DNA of 64,000 bases, from sequence record LC483177.1. One strand, 5' to 3'. Below are positions 25,249 through 33,709 of the stretch, in pieces. This DNA comes from Klebsiella phage 05F01. The notes under the pieces were generated by a model. That model saw only the letters and a list, made by a program, of their open reading frames with translations, did no database searches and had not been told where the DNA came from. The position numbers and the translations under genes are program-made. Within the stretch, counting starts at the first letter, position 1; each line of letters starts with the position of its first letter.

Positions 25249-25704
25249 ATGTTTAAAAAAGGTGATACTGTAATTATTACAGGGGATTCCCCAAAAGCAT
25301 TATCAAAATTCAAAGAACATGGTTTGCAGGTAGGGGATACTGGTGTTGTGAAAGGGAATTTTATTCGAGACATGCCTTATATTAAGTTTGATAAATTAGA
25401 GTTTAGTATGTATGTTTTCAAAGAGGAGGTGATTGTGAAAAATAAACTTAAGATTGAGTATGAAGATGGAGATGTGTATAACCTTAAAAACATCCAGCAT
25501 TTGGTGATTAACAATAAAAATCAGGTAGTTACTTTTGACTATGCTCAGGTTAAGGGTGGACTCACTGTAAGGAGTAATGTAGAAATTACTTTTTCGTGCT
25601 TAAAATCATTTAAGTTTAATGAAGATGAGTATGTTAAAATTAAAGAACATTTCTATAAAGTAGACTATGCCCTTTGTGGACAAGAAAAAACTGTTGTATT
25701 TTAA
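25249..25704 (+). CDS. hypothetical protein (151 aa)
   Basis: ORF. Confidence 0.5.
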   Translation: MFKKGDTVIITGDSPKALSKFKEHGLQVGDTGVVKGNFIRDMPYIKFDKLEFSMYVFKEEVIVKNKLKIEYEDGDVYNLKNIQHLVINNKNQVVTFDYAQVKGGLTVRSNVEITFSCLKSFKFNEDEYVKIKEHFYKVDYALCGQEKTVVF

Positions 25705-25713
25705 GGAGAATAA

Positions 25714-26028
25714 ATGATGAATAAACTTCGAGTATGGCATATCCCACAAGTTCTAGGAAAAGCTTTTCATGTTTATGTAAATACAGTAGATGAAGCTGTA
25801 TTAGTTATGAATGCACTAGCTGATTATGACCTTTTTCAATATGATAACAATATTAAAGGTGACTATTGTAATGTCTCTGGTTTAGAAATGTATGACGAGT
25901 CTCTCACAGAAGAAGACTTAGTTGATATGGATCTAAAAGATAAGTGGATTGAGTGGTATTTAGAAGATACAGATAACGATATCTACTATGAAGATATACA
26001 AGACTATATTCGATCAAATGAAGAATAA
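25714..26028 (+). CDS. hypothetical acidic protein (104 aa)
   Basis: ORF. Confidence 0.45.
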   Translation: MMNKLRVWHIPQVLGKAFHVYVNTVDEAVLVMNALADYDLFQYDNNIKGDYCNVSGLEMYDESLTEEDLVDMDLKDKWIEWYLEDTDNDIYYEDIQDYIRSNEE

Positions 26029-26596
26029 GAAGATTGTTTATGCTCTCTTTGATGGTAGTGGAATATCTGTACTAGATTGGGCTAAAGCAGGGCATACATG
26101 TTACTGTTTTAATGCAGATGAAGCAGATCATGGTGAGTATTTTATCAAGATGGAACACCCAAACATCCATTATATAAACATTTGGATTGATGAATCTTTC
26201 CATGAAAATATTAATCTGCCCCCTCCAGATATTATTTTTTCTTTCCCAAGTTGCACATTTACATCAGGATCAGGTAGTAAGCATGAAAGGACAGATGAAG
26301 AAAAATCTGAGACACTTAAATTAGCAAGATATGTTGAGTGGTTAGGTGAAGAATATTACAACTGCCCTTGGTATGTTGAAAACCCGGTAGGGAGTTTGTC
26401 TACTGAATGGAGAAAACCTAACTATTATTTTCATCCTTATGAGTTTGGTGGATACCTAACAGATGAAGAAGGAAGCTTTCACCATCATATGCCTCTCAGG
26501 GATGGCTATACAAAGAAAACATGTATATGGTGTGGTAATGGGTTAGTTTGGCCCTTAAAACGCCCTGTAGCTCATTGTGGCTACTTTTGGGGATGA
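26018..26596 (+). CDS. minimal C5-cytosine DNA methyltransferase-like protein (tentative)
   Basis: Motif I-like LFDGSG, PC-like FPSC and ENV (YVENPVG) are present. At ~190 aa it is too short to hold a canonical target-recognition domain. Confidence 0.35.
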   Translation: MKNKKIVYALFDGSGISVLDWAKAGHTCYCFNADEADHGEYFIKMEHPNIHYINIWIDESFHENINLPPPDIIFSFPSCTFTSGSGSKHERTDEEKSETLKLARYVEWLGEEYYNCPWYVENPVGSLSTEWRKPNYYFHPYEFGGYLTDEEGSFHHHMPLRDGYTKKTCIWCGNGLVWPLKRPVAHCGYFWG

Positions 26597-26694
26597 GCTA
26601 AACTTGGTGGCAAATCAACAAAGACTAAAGTATTACGGAGTCTCACCCCAAGAGGTTTTGCAAGAGCAATTTTTAAATATAATGAGGAGAATTA

Positions 26695-28077
26695 ATGAAC
26701 AGTACACAATTTGTTTTAGAAACTTTTAAAAATACACTAAGTTCTCATATTGGCACTATGAAAGAACATAATGTAATGGTTGCAGGTGGGGTCTTCACTT
26801 CTGCATTTAGTAAGACACAAGTAAATGATATCGATTGTTATTTTCGTTCTGAACGTGACTTGATTAATTTTGTGGCATATCTGGCAGAAGACCACGGATT
26901 CCTACGTTGCACAAGCTTCACTGATAAATCCCTAACATTTGTTTCTGATGATGTTCAACTTCAACTTATTTATTTTAAATATTTTGAAGACTTGCATCAT
27001 GTATTTAAATCATTTGATTTCACTATTAATATGTGTGGTTGGGATTCTGCTACTGATGAACTCGTATATAATGAAAACTTCTTCCCTGACCTTGCTGCAC
27101 GGCGTCTATCTTTTAATAAAGATACAGACTACCCGTTGGTTAGTGCATTACGTATTCAAAAATATGTATCACGTGGGTTCAGTATCTCCAGAAGTGAAAC
27201 TATTAAAGTTATGCTTGCAGTAGCTGACATCAAAATTGATACGCTAGAGGATTTTGTTGCCCAAGTAGGTGGGATGTATGGTAATTCTGTAATGCATTAC
27301 TTGGATCAAATGCAAGGTGAATTTTCTGTAGAAAAAGCTATGAATGCCCTTGCAAAAGCTGAAGTAAGCAGCACACTGCAAATTGGTGACAAAGATCTTA
27401 GCCATGCACCTAGTGAAAGTGTAGATATGCGCGTTGCTCTTTCAGCTTTAATTAATAAGGATAAGTTCCTTGACGGGGGTTGGTATGTTGATCCTAGTAA
27501 CACTAAATTTGCAAAATATAAAACTGTAAATGGTCGTTCTGATTCTATTCCAGTAAGTATTGCCTATATGTTTGCTAAAGATAAGCAGGTAACACAGAAA
27601 GAAGGTGAGGATAAAAATGTAGTCCTTTATAAATGGGTTACAAAAGATGATAACGGTGTCCTTTGTTCTATCTACAAGAATAATTTCAAGTATCCTTATA
27701 GTGGTGTTGTGGAGGATACGGGTAAGGGGATGTTTATGCTACAGCATCATGAAGTAGAAGACCATTACTTTAAAGATAAATCGTCACACCTGATTGTAGC
27801 AACAGCAAAAGTTAGTGATCTTTCAAAATCAGGTAGCAATGTCCTAAGTAAAAAGATTAACGTTATCTTTGCTATCCCACGTGAACAAGTTAACTATGCT
27901 AACCTTAGTGAAACAGATTTAGCAGGATTTAGTGCAGATTCTGATGGATATGCTATTGACAACACTTCACATGAAATGTATATTTCTATCTCTGACCTTT
28001 TTGAGGAGAAAGAAGATGAAGTGGCACCTAGCTTTATTCCCATTACTGCTGTTAATGTTGTTGACGACCGCATCTAA
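26695..28077 (+). CDS. class II nucleotidyltransferase (CCA-adding / poly(A) polymerase head-domain family)
   Basis: GGVFTSAF-x-DIDCYF matches GG..R-D.D. DFTINM matches the RDFTIN motif. RLSFN...LRIQKYV matches the neck region. Confidence 0.5.
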   Translation: MNSTQFVLETFKNTLSSHIGTMKEHNVMVAGGVFTSAFSKTQVNDIDCYFRSERDLINFVAYLAEDHGFLRCTSFTDKSLTFVSDDVQLQLIYFKYFEDLHHVFKSFDFTINMCGWDSATDELVYNENFFPDLAARRLSFNKDTDYPLVSALRIQKYVSRGFSISRSETIKVMLAVADIKIDTLEDFVAQVGGMYGNSVMHYLDQMQGEFSVEKAMNALAKAEVSSTLQIGDKDLSHAPSESVDMRVALSALINKDKFLDGGWYVDPSNTKFAKYKTVNGRSDSIPVSIAYMFAKDKQVTQKEGEDKNVVLYKWVTKDDNGVLCSIYKNNFKYPYSGVVEDTGKGMFMLQHHEVEDHYFKDKSSHLIVATAKVSDLSKSGSNVLSKKINVIFAIPREQVNYANLSETDLAGFSADSDGYAIDNTSHEMYISISDLFEEKEDEVAPSFIPITAVNVVDDRI

Positions 28078-28387
28078 TGCTGCTGGGTTTAAGGTAGCAA
28101 CAGAAGGTAGTAGGATGTTTACATATTACGGCAAGGATGCCGTATATCAAGATGAGAAGGACAAGACCCATTGTAAGTTTAATGACAAGATAGATAGTGT
28201 AGACAATGATGGTAATGCATATAAAGCATTTGGATTCAAGTGTAATAAAAATCTATATATTGTCATAAAACAATACAAAGATAATGAAAACGTATCAATA
28301 AATCTTGTAAGCCCATTGACAGGTGAGATAAAAAAGGTATACAATTCTTACTGGTTAATGAAGTATAGAGAAGATAAAGATGAATGA
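28016..28387 (+). CDS. secreted hypothetical protein (signal peptide)
   Basis: Start re-assigned to MKWHLALFPLLLLMLLTTASNAAG, which has a GAGGAG RBS. Confidence 0.45.
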   Translation: MKWHLALFPLLLLMLLTTASNAAGFKVATEGSRMFTYYGKDAVYQDEKDKTHCKFNDKIDSVDNDGNAYKAFGFKCNKNLYIVIKQYKDNENVSINLVSPLTGEIKKVYNSYWLMKYREDKDE

Positions 28388-28524
28388 AATCAATTAATTT
28401 TATATAGTTGTATAATAGTTAATTATGTAGGAGTATTCCTATTGTTATTTACTCTATGATTTGGTAATATCGAAGTGTTAAGTCAATGTTATTGGCTGCT
28501 AAATATACTTTATCTGGAGATAGT

Positions 28525-28776
28525 ATGGGAAAATTTAAAGTTAGCGTCTATATATGTTATGAACAGAATACAATGGACTTTAAAATAGGTGATGCTGTAT
28601 ATCCTATTGGATTTTTGGAAAGTGTCGGTGTTCATCTTGTACCTGAATACCTAAGACTTCTTGCTTCTGGTGTTTTTGTTGCAATAGGAGAAGATTTAGA
28701 AGATGCCCCAAGGGGTGTTTTCAAAGGTGAGTGGGAAATAGATTCACCATTTGACTTGACAAAGAGGATAGGATAA
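28525..28776 (+). CDS. hypothetical protein
   Basis: Internal Met with a GGAGAT RBS. Confidence 0.35.
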   Translation: MGKFKVSVYICYEQNTMDFKIGDAVYPIGFLESVGVHLVPEYLRLLASGVFVAIGEDLEDAPRGVFKGEWEIDSPFDLTKRIG

Positions 28777-28847
28777 TTGACCCTTACTGAGAGGTATCAA
28801 AAAGTATCTCTCGTTGAGGGAAATAATTTTATGGTGGGGGGTGTGTT

Positions 28848-29342
28848 ATGAAACGTTTTGGAAGAAATCAAAAAAGAAAACTTAAAGAAGAGATATTAAA
28901 CCTGAAAAAGAAGTCCATCTCCTTAGAGAAAGAGATTTCTTGGGAAAAGTCTAAAAATAATGATTATAAATACTTACTTAGTTTGATAGAAGAAACATTT
29001 AATCAATATTTTCCATTAACAGAAACAAAATGTATTTCTGCTGCATATACACCCATTTCTATGGTTAGACAGGAAATGAGTAGTTCAGGATATAACTTCC
29101 TTTCAGAAAAAGAATGTATATACAATATGACAAATAGAGTTTTGTCACTAGATACAATCAAATACAGAGCAGAGATTGATAAACTGAAAGATATGTATTA
29201 TCTTATTGTAAATACACCAGAAGGTGGTAGTGTAGGTTGGACACAGAGCTTCAGTGAATTGCCTGAAGAAGCAATCGAGTACCTCTTGAAGAGAGATTTA
29301 TTACCTATGTTAGTTAAGGAGATCAAGAAACGTGAATATTAA
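28848..29342 (+). CDS. hypothetical protein (164 aa)
   Basis: ORF. Confidence 0.5.
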   Translation: MKRFGRNQKRKLKEEILNLKKKSISLEKEISWEKSKNNDYKYLLSLIEETFNQYFPLTETKCISAAYTPISMVRQEMSSSGYNFLSEKECIYNMTNRVLSLDTIKYRAEIDKLKDMYYLIVNTPEGGSVGWTQSFSELPEEAIEYLLKRDLLPMLVKEIKKREY

Positions 29343-30885
29343 TTTAGGGTTCACACCAACAGTAGAGCAAGATGTTTGTGCAGATATCTTCAAAGACCCT
29401 TTGGTTAAATGGCTTACTATCCAGGCACGTTCTGGCTCAGGAAAGACGAGCACACTTCGTTATCTCGCACACTTAACTAAAGAGAAAGTGATTTACTTAG
29501 CTTTTAACAAAGCTATGGCACTAGAAGCTGCGAAGAAAATGCCAAATAATGTAGAATGTAGGACATTGCATTCACTATGTTATTCATTCCTTGACAAAAA
29601 TCTTCGGAGTAAGTTAACACGGCCTGAAGGTAAGTATGTAAATGTTGCTGGAACAGGTAGTGAAATCGCAAAGAAATACAAAATCTCTAACCTTGTTACC
29701 AAAGAGGGTTTGATAATGGTGACTCGTGGTATGTTGGGGTTGATGGTAAAAGAGACTGTAGGTAAGTATGAGTTCTCTGATGATAAACATCTCAAACGAG
29801 AACACTTCCCTCATCATCTACTTAAAGATATTAAGAAAAAGTATCCATCACTAAATGAAACAGTGGTCATTAATGACGTTGTTAAATATGCAAAACAGTT
29901 GTGGCGTGACCGTATTGATCCTAAATCTGATGTTCTAATGACACATGATACATATGTAAAATTATTTGAACTATCAGGACGTGATATCGGGTATGGCGTT
30001 ATTTTTGGTGACGAATTCCAGGATGTTAATCCTGCATTTGTATCTATTCTTCGTAATGCAGAATCAGCTAAGAAGATTGTGGTTGTTGGTGATGAATACC
30101 AATCCATTTATCAATTCCGTGGTAGCGAGAATATGATGGGTGTCACCTCTAAGTACGGTAAAGAAACTTACCTCACAGCATGTTTCCGTTTTGGTGATAA
30201 GGTTGCTACATTAGCAAATAAAATGTTGTCTTGGGATAAGCCAATGGTAGGGGAACTTTCTGGATTAGGTTTTAATACTGTTGCAGGAGGAATGAAATCT
30301 AACTTGATTGATACCTCAAAACCTTATACAATCATCTACCGCAAGAACATGACACTTCTGATGGATGCAATGGATAAGATTGCAGCAGGAGAGTCTGTTA
30401 GCCTTAACGTTGATGTTAAAGACTTTGTATCAATGGTGGATAGTGTCAACGCACTTCGTAGAGGTGAAATTGAAAAGATCCGTCATGAATCTATTCTTCC
30501 ATATGCAACATGGCAAGAGTTCGTTGATGATGCAGAAGTTGATCCTGATGTAAAGCGGCTCCTTAACATTATTGTTTCTGGTAAGGCACAAGAGATTGCA
30601 TTCACTTTACGTCAACATAAAAACCCCAAGAATGCGAAAGTAACATTAACAACAGCACATAAGTGTAAAGGGTTAGAGTGGGAGCAGGTGATTATTGCTA
30701 ACGACTTCCCTAGTATGTATGATAAAGAGAAAAATCTTGTTGGTTTGAATGATGCAGAAAGAAATCTCTTGTATGTAGCACACACACGTGCTATAAAGGT
30801 ATTGAAGTGGAACAGCACAATGCAAGAGGTTGTTGACTTGTTTAAAGTGTCTGGTGAACAAAAGATTACTAAGGAGAAATCATGA
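29332..30885 (+). CDS. UvrD/PcrA-like superfamily 1 DNA helicase
   Basis: Walker A (SGSGKTST), Walker B (GDEFQDVN), VVVGDEYQSIYQFRG and the C-terminal TTAHKCKGLEWEQVII motif. GTG start. Confidence 0.75.
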   Translation: MNINLGFTPTVEQDVCADIFKDPLVKWLTIQARSGSGKTSTLRYLAHLTKEKVIYLAFNKAMALEAAKKMPNNVECRTLHSLCYSFLDKNLRSKLTRPEGKYVNVAGTGSEIAKKYKISNLVTKEGLIMVTRGMLGLMVKETVGKYEFSDDKHLKREHFPHHLLKDIKKKYPSLNETVVINDVVKYAKQLWRDRIDPKSDVLMTHDTYVKLFELSGRDIGYGVIFGDEFQDVNPAFVSILRNAESAKKIVVVGDEYQSIYQFRGSENMMGVTSKYGKETYLTACFRFGDKVATLANKMLSWDKPMVGELSGLGFNTVAGGMKSNLIDTSKPYTIIYRKNMTLLMDAMDKIAAGESVSLNVDVKDFVSMVDSVNALRRGEIEKIRHESILPYATWQEFVDDAEVDPDVKRLLNIIVSGKAQEIAFTLRQHKNPKNAKVTLTTAHKCKGLEWEQVIIANDFPSMYDKEKNLVGLNDAERNLLYVAHTRAIKVLKWNSTMQEVVDLFKVSGEQKITKEKS

Positions 30886-31454
30886 ACATCATTGAAAAAG
30901 TAACTGAAGAGGATATTGGAAGAATTGCCGTTTCTAAGGAGACAGTATGGGGTTGCTTCGTTGTCAAGGTGCTTTCCGCTTCTAATGAATATGGCGAGTG
31001 TATAGTGGAGCATTTAGAGGAAAGCTGTGGAACTGGTATTGCTAATAATTTTTCAATTATTGGGGGTGGCTGGCCCATGATGTGGAAAGATGGCTATAGT
31101 AATCCACGCCGTAAAAATAAACCTAAAAAGCATCCACCTAAGCGTAAGAAGACAGACGTAACATTAAACTATGTTGATGGGAAATCTTACACACTTAAAA
31201 ATGTTAAAAGTATTACATGTAATATAGATAAATGGGATAAAAGTATTCATTTCAGGATTCAGACGGAAGTTAATAAAATTAAAAGTAGTGTATCAGTATC
31301 TATTCCAGTAGAGGACATACACTTTATTGATATTAAATCACCAAGTGGTAAAATGAGTGTTATTTTCTACCACGAATATGTAGATATCATAGATGTGGAT
31401 TTAACCTTTACCCAGAAAGTAGATGAACTTAATTTCATTAAGAGGTTCAAATGA
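30882..31454 (+). CDS. hypothetical protein with a basic linker + conserved C-terminal module (paralogous module 1 of 3)
   Basis: PKKHPPKRKKTDVTLNYVDGKSYTLKNV aligns with the C-termini of the 33706 and 47237 ORFs. Confidence 0.5.
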   Translation: MNIIEKVTEEDIGRIAVSKETVWGCFVVKVLSASNEYGECIVEHLEESCGTGIANNFSIIGGGWPMMWKDGYSNPRRKNKPKKHPPKRKKTDVTLNYVDGKSYTLKNVKSITCNIDKWDKSIHFRIQTEVNKIKSSVSVSIPVEDIHFIDIKSPSGKMSVIFYHEYVDIIDVDLTFTQKVDELNFIKRFK

Positions 31455-31849
31455 AACTAGAAGAGATTTTATCACTGCAACCACAATGCTCTGCTGTTGA
31501 GTATGGAAAAGAGCCTAGCCTTTATGAACTTATTGAAAAATACTATGAGCCACATTTTCCAACAAAGTATAAAGATGTAGCTAAGGAATATGTAGAAGAG
31601 TTGAAGAAACTGGTAGTTAATGATACTAAAAGTTTCTTAGTAGGTAGCACTGTAAAAGTAGTTTTTGATGAGAATGAAGATAACCCAAACTCATTCAATA
31701 ATGAAGGTGTTTATATTGGTGATTATGGAGTAATTACTAATATGGGCGAAAGAGGTGAATTCCCTATTGATGTTTATATTCCAAGTATAGGATCAACAAT
31801 TGGATTTACACAAAATGAATTGGAGGTGGTGAATCATGCTGAAGTATAA
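31451..31849 (+). CDS. hypothetical protein (132 aa)
   Basis: ORF. Confidence 0.5.
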   Translation: MKLEEILSLQPQCSAVEYGKEPSLYELIEKYYEPHFPTKYKDVAKEYVEELKKLVVNDTKSFLVGSTVKVVFDENEDNPNSFNNEGVYIGDYGVITNMGERGEFPIDVYIPSIGSTIGFTQNELEVVNHAEV

Positions 31850-32459
31850 AGTTGGAGATTTGATTGAAGCAGCACGTAATGGTGAAGTTAACTACATTGG
31901 ACATGGATGTAACTGCTATACCACTATGGGCAGTGGAATTGCACCGTTGATTAAGGCTGCTTTCCCTTACGCCTACAAAGTTGACTGTCAGACAGGTAAA
32001 GGTGATATTACTAAGCTTGGTAGTTTCTCTGAGGCAGACCCACTTGAGTTTGATATGGAAGGTCCTGTTGTATTTAACTTATATACTCAGTATGGTTATT
32101 GGGGACGTAATCAAGGTAAGCGTGACCTTAACTATGATGCTATCTATAATGCACTTTCAGCAATGGCAGAACGTATGCATGATTTTGACAAAGGAGACCA
32201 AGAACGCCATGTAGTAGGACTACCAAAAATTGGTGCTGGGTACGCGGGTGGAGATTGGGATATCATTGAACTGATTATTAAGAAAACTCTATGTGCGCAA
32301 GGTATCGATGTTATTATCTATGTCCTTACAGAAGAAGAGATTCCAAGTAACATGCAGAAATTAATTACCTGTATGCAAGAAACTCTTGGTTGCTCGCGTC
32401 ATGAGGCAAAGAGCCTTATCTATCGTCAAGTTTATAGTATGGATGGTGGTAATGTATAA
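31836..32459 (+). CDS. macro-domain protein (ADP-ribose binding / hydrolase fold)
   Basis: VNYIGHGCNCYTTMGSGIAPLI follows the N-x-x-N...G-x-G-h-A pattern. VVGLPKIGAGYAGGDWD matches the SIAFPAISTGIYGYP motif. Confidence 0.55.
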   Translation: MLKYKVGDLIEAARNGEVNYIGHGCNCYTTMGSGIAPLIKAAFPYAYKVDCQTGKGDITKLGSFSEADPLEFDMEGPVVFNLYTQYGYWGRNQGKRDLNYDAIYNALSAMAERMHDFDKGDQERHVVGLPKIGAGYAGGDWDIIELIIKKTLCAQGIDVIIYVLTEEEIPSNMQKLITCMQETLGCSRHEAKSLIYRQVYSMDGGNV

Positions 32460-33261
32460 ATTCCCTGCTTCTGTTATCAAGAATATGAAGGACAAGTATC
32501 CTCTTCATGCCGAAGCTACTATTGAGGTTGCCCTACGGGGCTTCCTTGAGTATATAGAATTAGTGAAATTGTATGGTGAAGTGCCTATGTTCTCTAAATC
32601 GGTAGATGATGTTTGGCATTTTATGATCCTTGATACAAAGGAGTATCAGAAATTTTGTGAAGAACGTTTAGGATATTTCTTGCATCATGTTCCTACAGGA
32701 GAAGGGGACAAGACCCAGGAAGAAGAAAATAAAGCACTTCGTCTTTTATGGATGAGAGCCTGTAAACTTAGAGGATTTAACCCTTTTTCATATAGTCCTT
32801 ATGAGTGCCCTGACTTATTTTATGCAGACAAAGTACTACATTCTACTTCTATTTCAACAATCAACTTGGTTGGGGAAGTGACATATGCTAAAGCATCAGT
32901 AGAAAATAGAGAAAAAGGTTTGTTTTCAGTTTTTCGTAAAAAAGATACATCTGATTATACTAAGGCGTTAAAAGATAAGTATGACTCATATGGTAAGGAA
33001 GTGTATGACCCCAATACTGATCTTATGCTGCAAACACTAGTTGTGTCTAGTATTTTTGATAGTTCTGGTAACGTAAAGGAAGATGTAAAGAAAGAAACTA
33101 TAATTTCATCTGATCCTCTTGACATCTATTCCAGTTCATATTACGATACACCTACATCGAACAACCACCACACGCATAGTTGTAGTAGTTGTTCAACTAG
33201 TTCATGTTCAAGTAGCAGTTGCTCTTCAAGTAGTTGTTCGAGTAGTAGTTGCTCTAGTTAA
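32452..33261 (+). CDS. hypothetical protein ending in a Cys/Ser repeat tail (SSSSC)n
   Basis: The C-terminus reads SCSSCSTSSCSSSSCSSSSCSSSSCSS. The middle region has WHFMILDTKEYQKFCEERLGYFLHHVP, which is possibly DUF1399/GRDP-like. Confidence 0.45.
   Translation: MYKFPASVIKNMKDKYPLHAEATIEVALRGFLEYIELVKLYGEVPMFSKSVDDVWHFMILDTKEYQKFCEERLGYFLHHVPTGEGDKTQEEENKALRLLWMRACKLRGFNPFSYSPYECPDLFYADKVLHSTSISTINLVGEVTYAKASVENREKGLFSVFRKKDTSDYTKALKDKYDSYGKEVYDPNTDLMLQTLVVSSIFDSSGNVKEDVKKETIISSDPLDIYSSSYYDTPTSNNHHTHSCSSCSTSSCSSSSCSSSSCSSSSCSS
33190..33258 (+). repeat. 15-nt tandem repeat coding for (SSSSC)n
   Basis: AGTAGYAGTTGYTCN units. Confidence 0.55.
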
Positions 33262-33271
33262 GGGAGATATT

Positions 33272-33709
33272 ATGAGTATTGTTACACAAATGAAAGCTGA
33301 TCGCATTGTGGCACGAGTTTCTGATAAAGGTACTTTTGCACTTCTTACTAATATTATTGGTGAGTATGACCTTGCTCGCACTCAAAAAGCTAATTTGAGT
33401 AAGTCAGAAGACGATGTTATGACTAAAGTTGTTAAGGTAGGTATTTCACATGCCAAGGAACAGCTATCTTCATTACAAAAAGTAGGTGCACCACAATCAC
33501 AGATTGAACGTGCCATGCGAGATATTGTAGTTCTTGAAAATTACCTCCCAGAAATGTTAAGTGAAGAGGACTTACGTGATATTGCAGAGAACTCTAAACT
33601 TTTGGGATGGAAAATGCCAGATATGATGAGACATCTTCGAGAGGGGTTTCCTAATTGTTATGATGGTGATCTTGCTGTAAAAATCGCAAAAGAGGTGTTA
33701 GATAAATGA
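33272..33709 (+). CDS. GatB/YqeY domain protein
   Basis: ENYLPEMLSEEDLRDIAE and DGDLAVKIAKEVL match the YqeY family signature (EEYLP.QLSEEE... and DGKLVNQIVKEKL). Confidence 0.6.
   Translation: MSIVTQMKADRIVARVSDKGTFALLTNIIGEYDLARTQKANLSKSEDDVMTKVVKVGISHAKEQLSSLQKVGAPQSQIERAMRDIVVLENYLPEMLSEEDLRDIAENSKLLGWKMPDMMRHLREGFPNCYDGDLAVKIAKEVLDK

Noticed and set aside
29580-30107. Several minus-strand ORFs (29580..29795, 29614..29817, 29814..30107) inside the helicase gene
   Set aside because: They are antisense to a motif-rich UvrD-like helicase. No RBS.
33119-33709. ORF-track frame giving a poly-Val/Arg protein overlapping the (SSSSC)n repeat
   Set aside because: It is an artefact of the tandem repeat read in an alternative frame. 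The real genes are 32452..33261 and the GatB/YqeY gene starting at 33272, which has an AGGGAG RBS.
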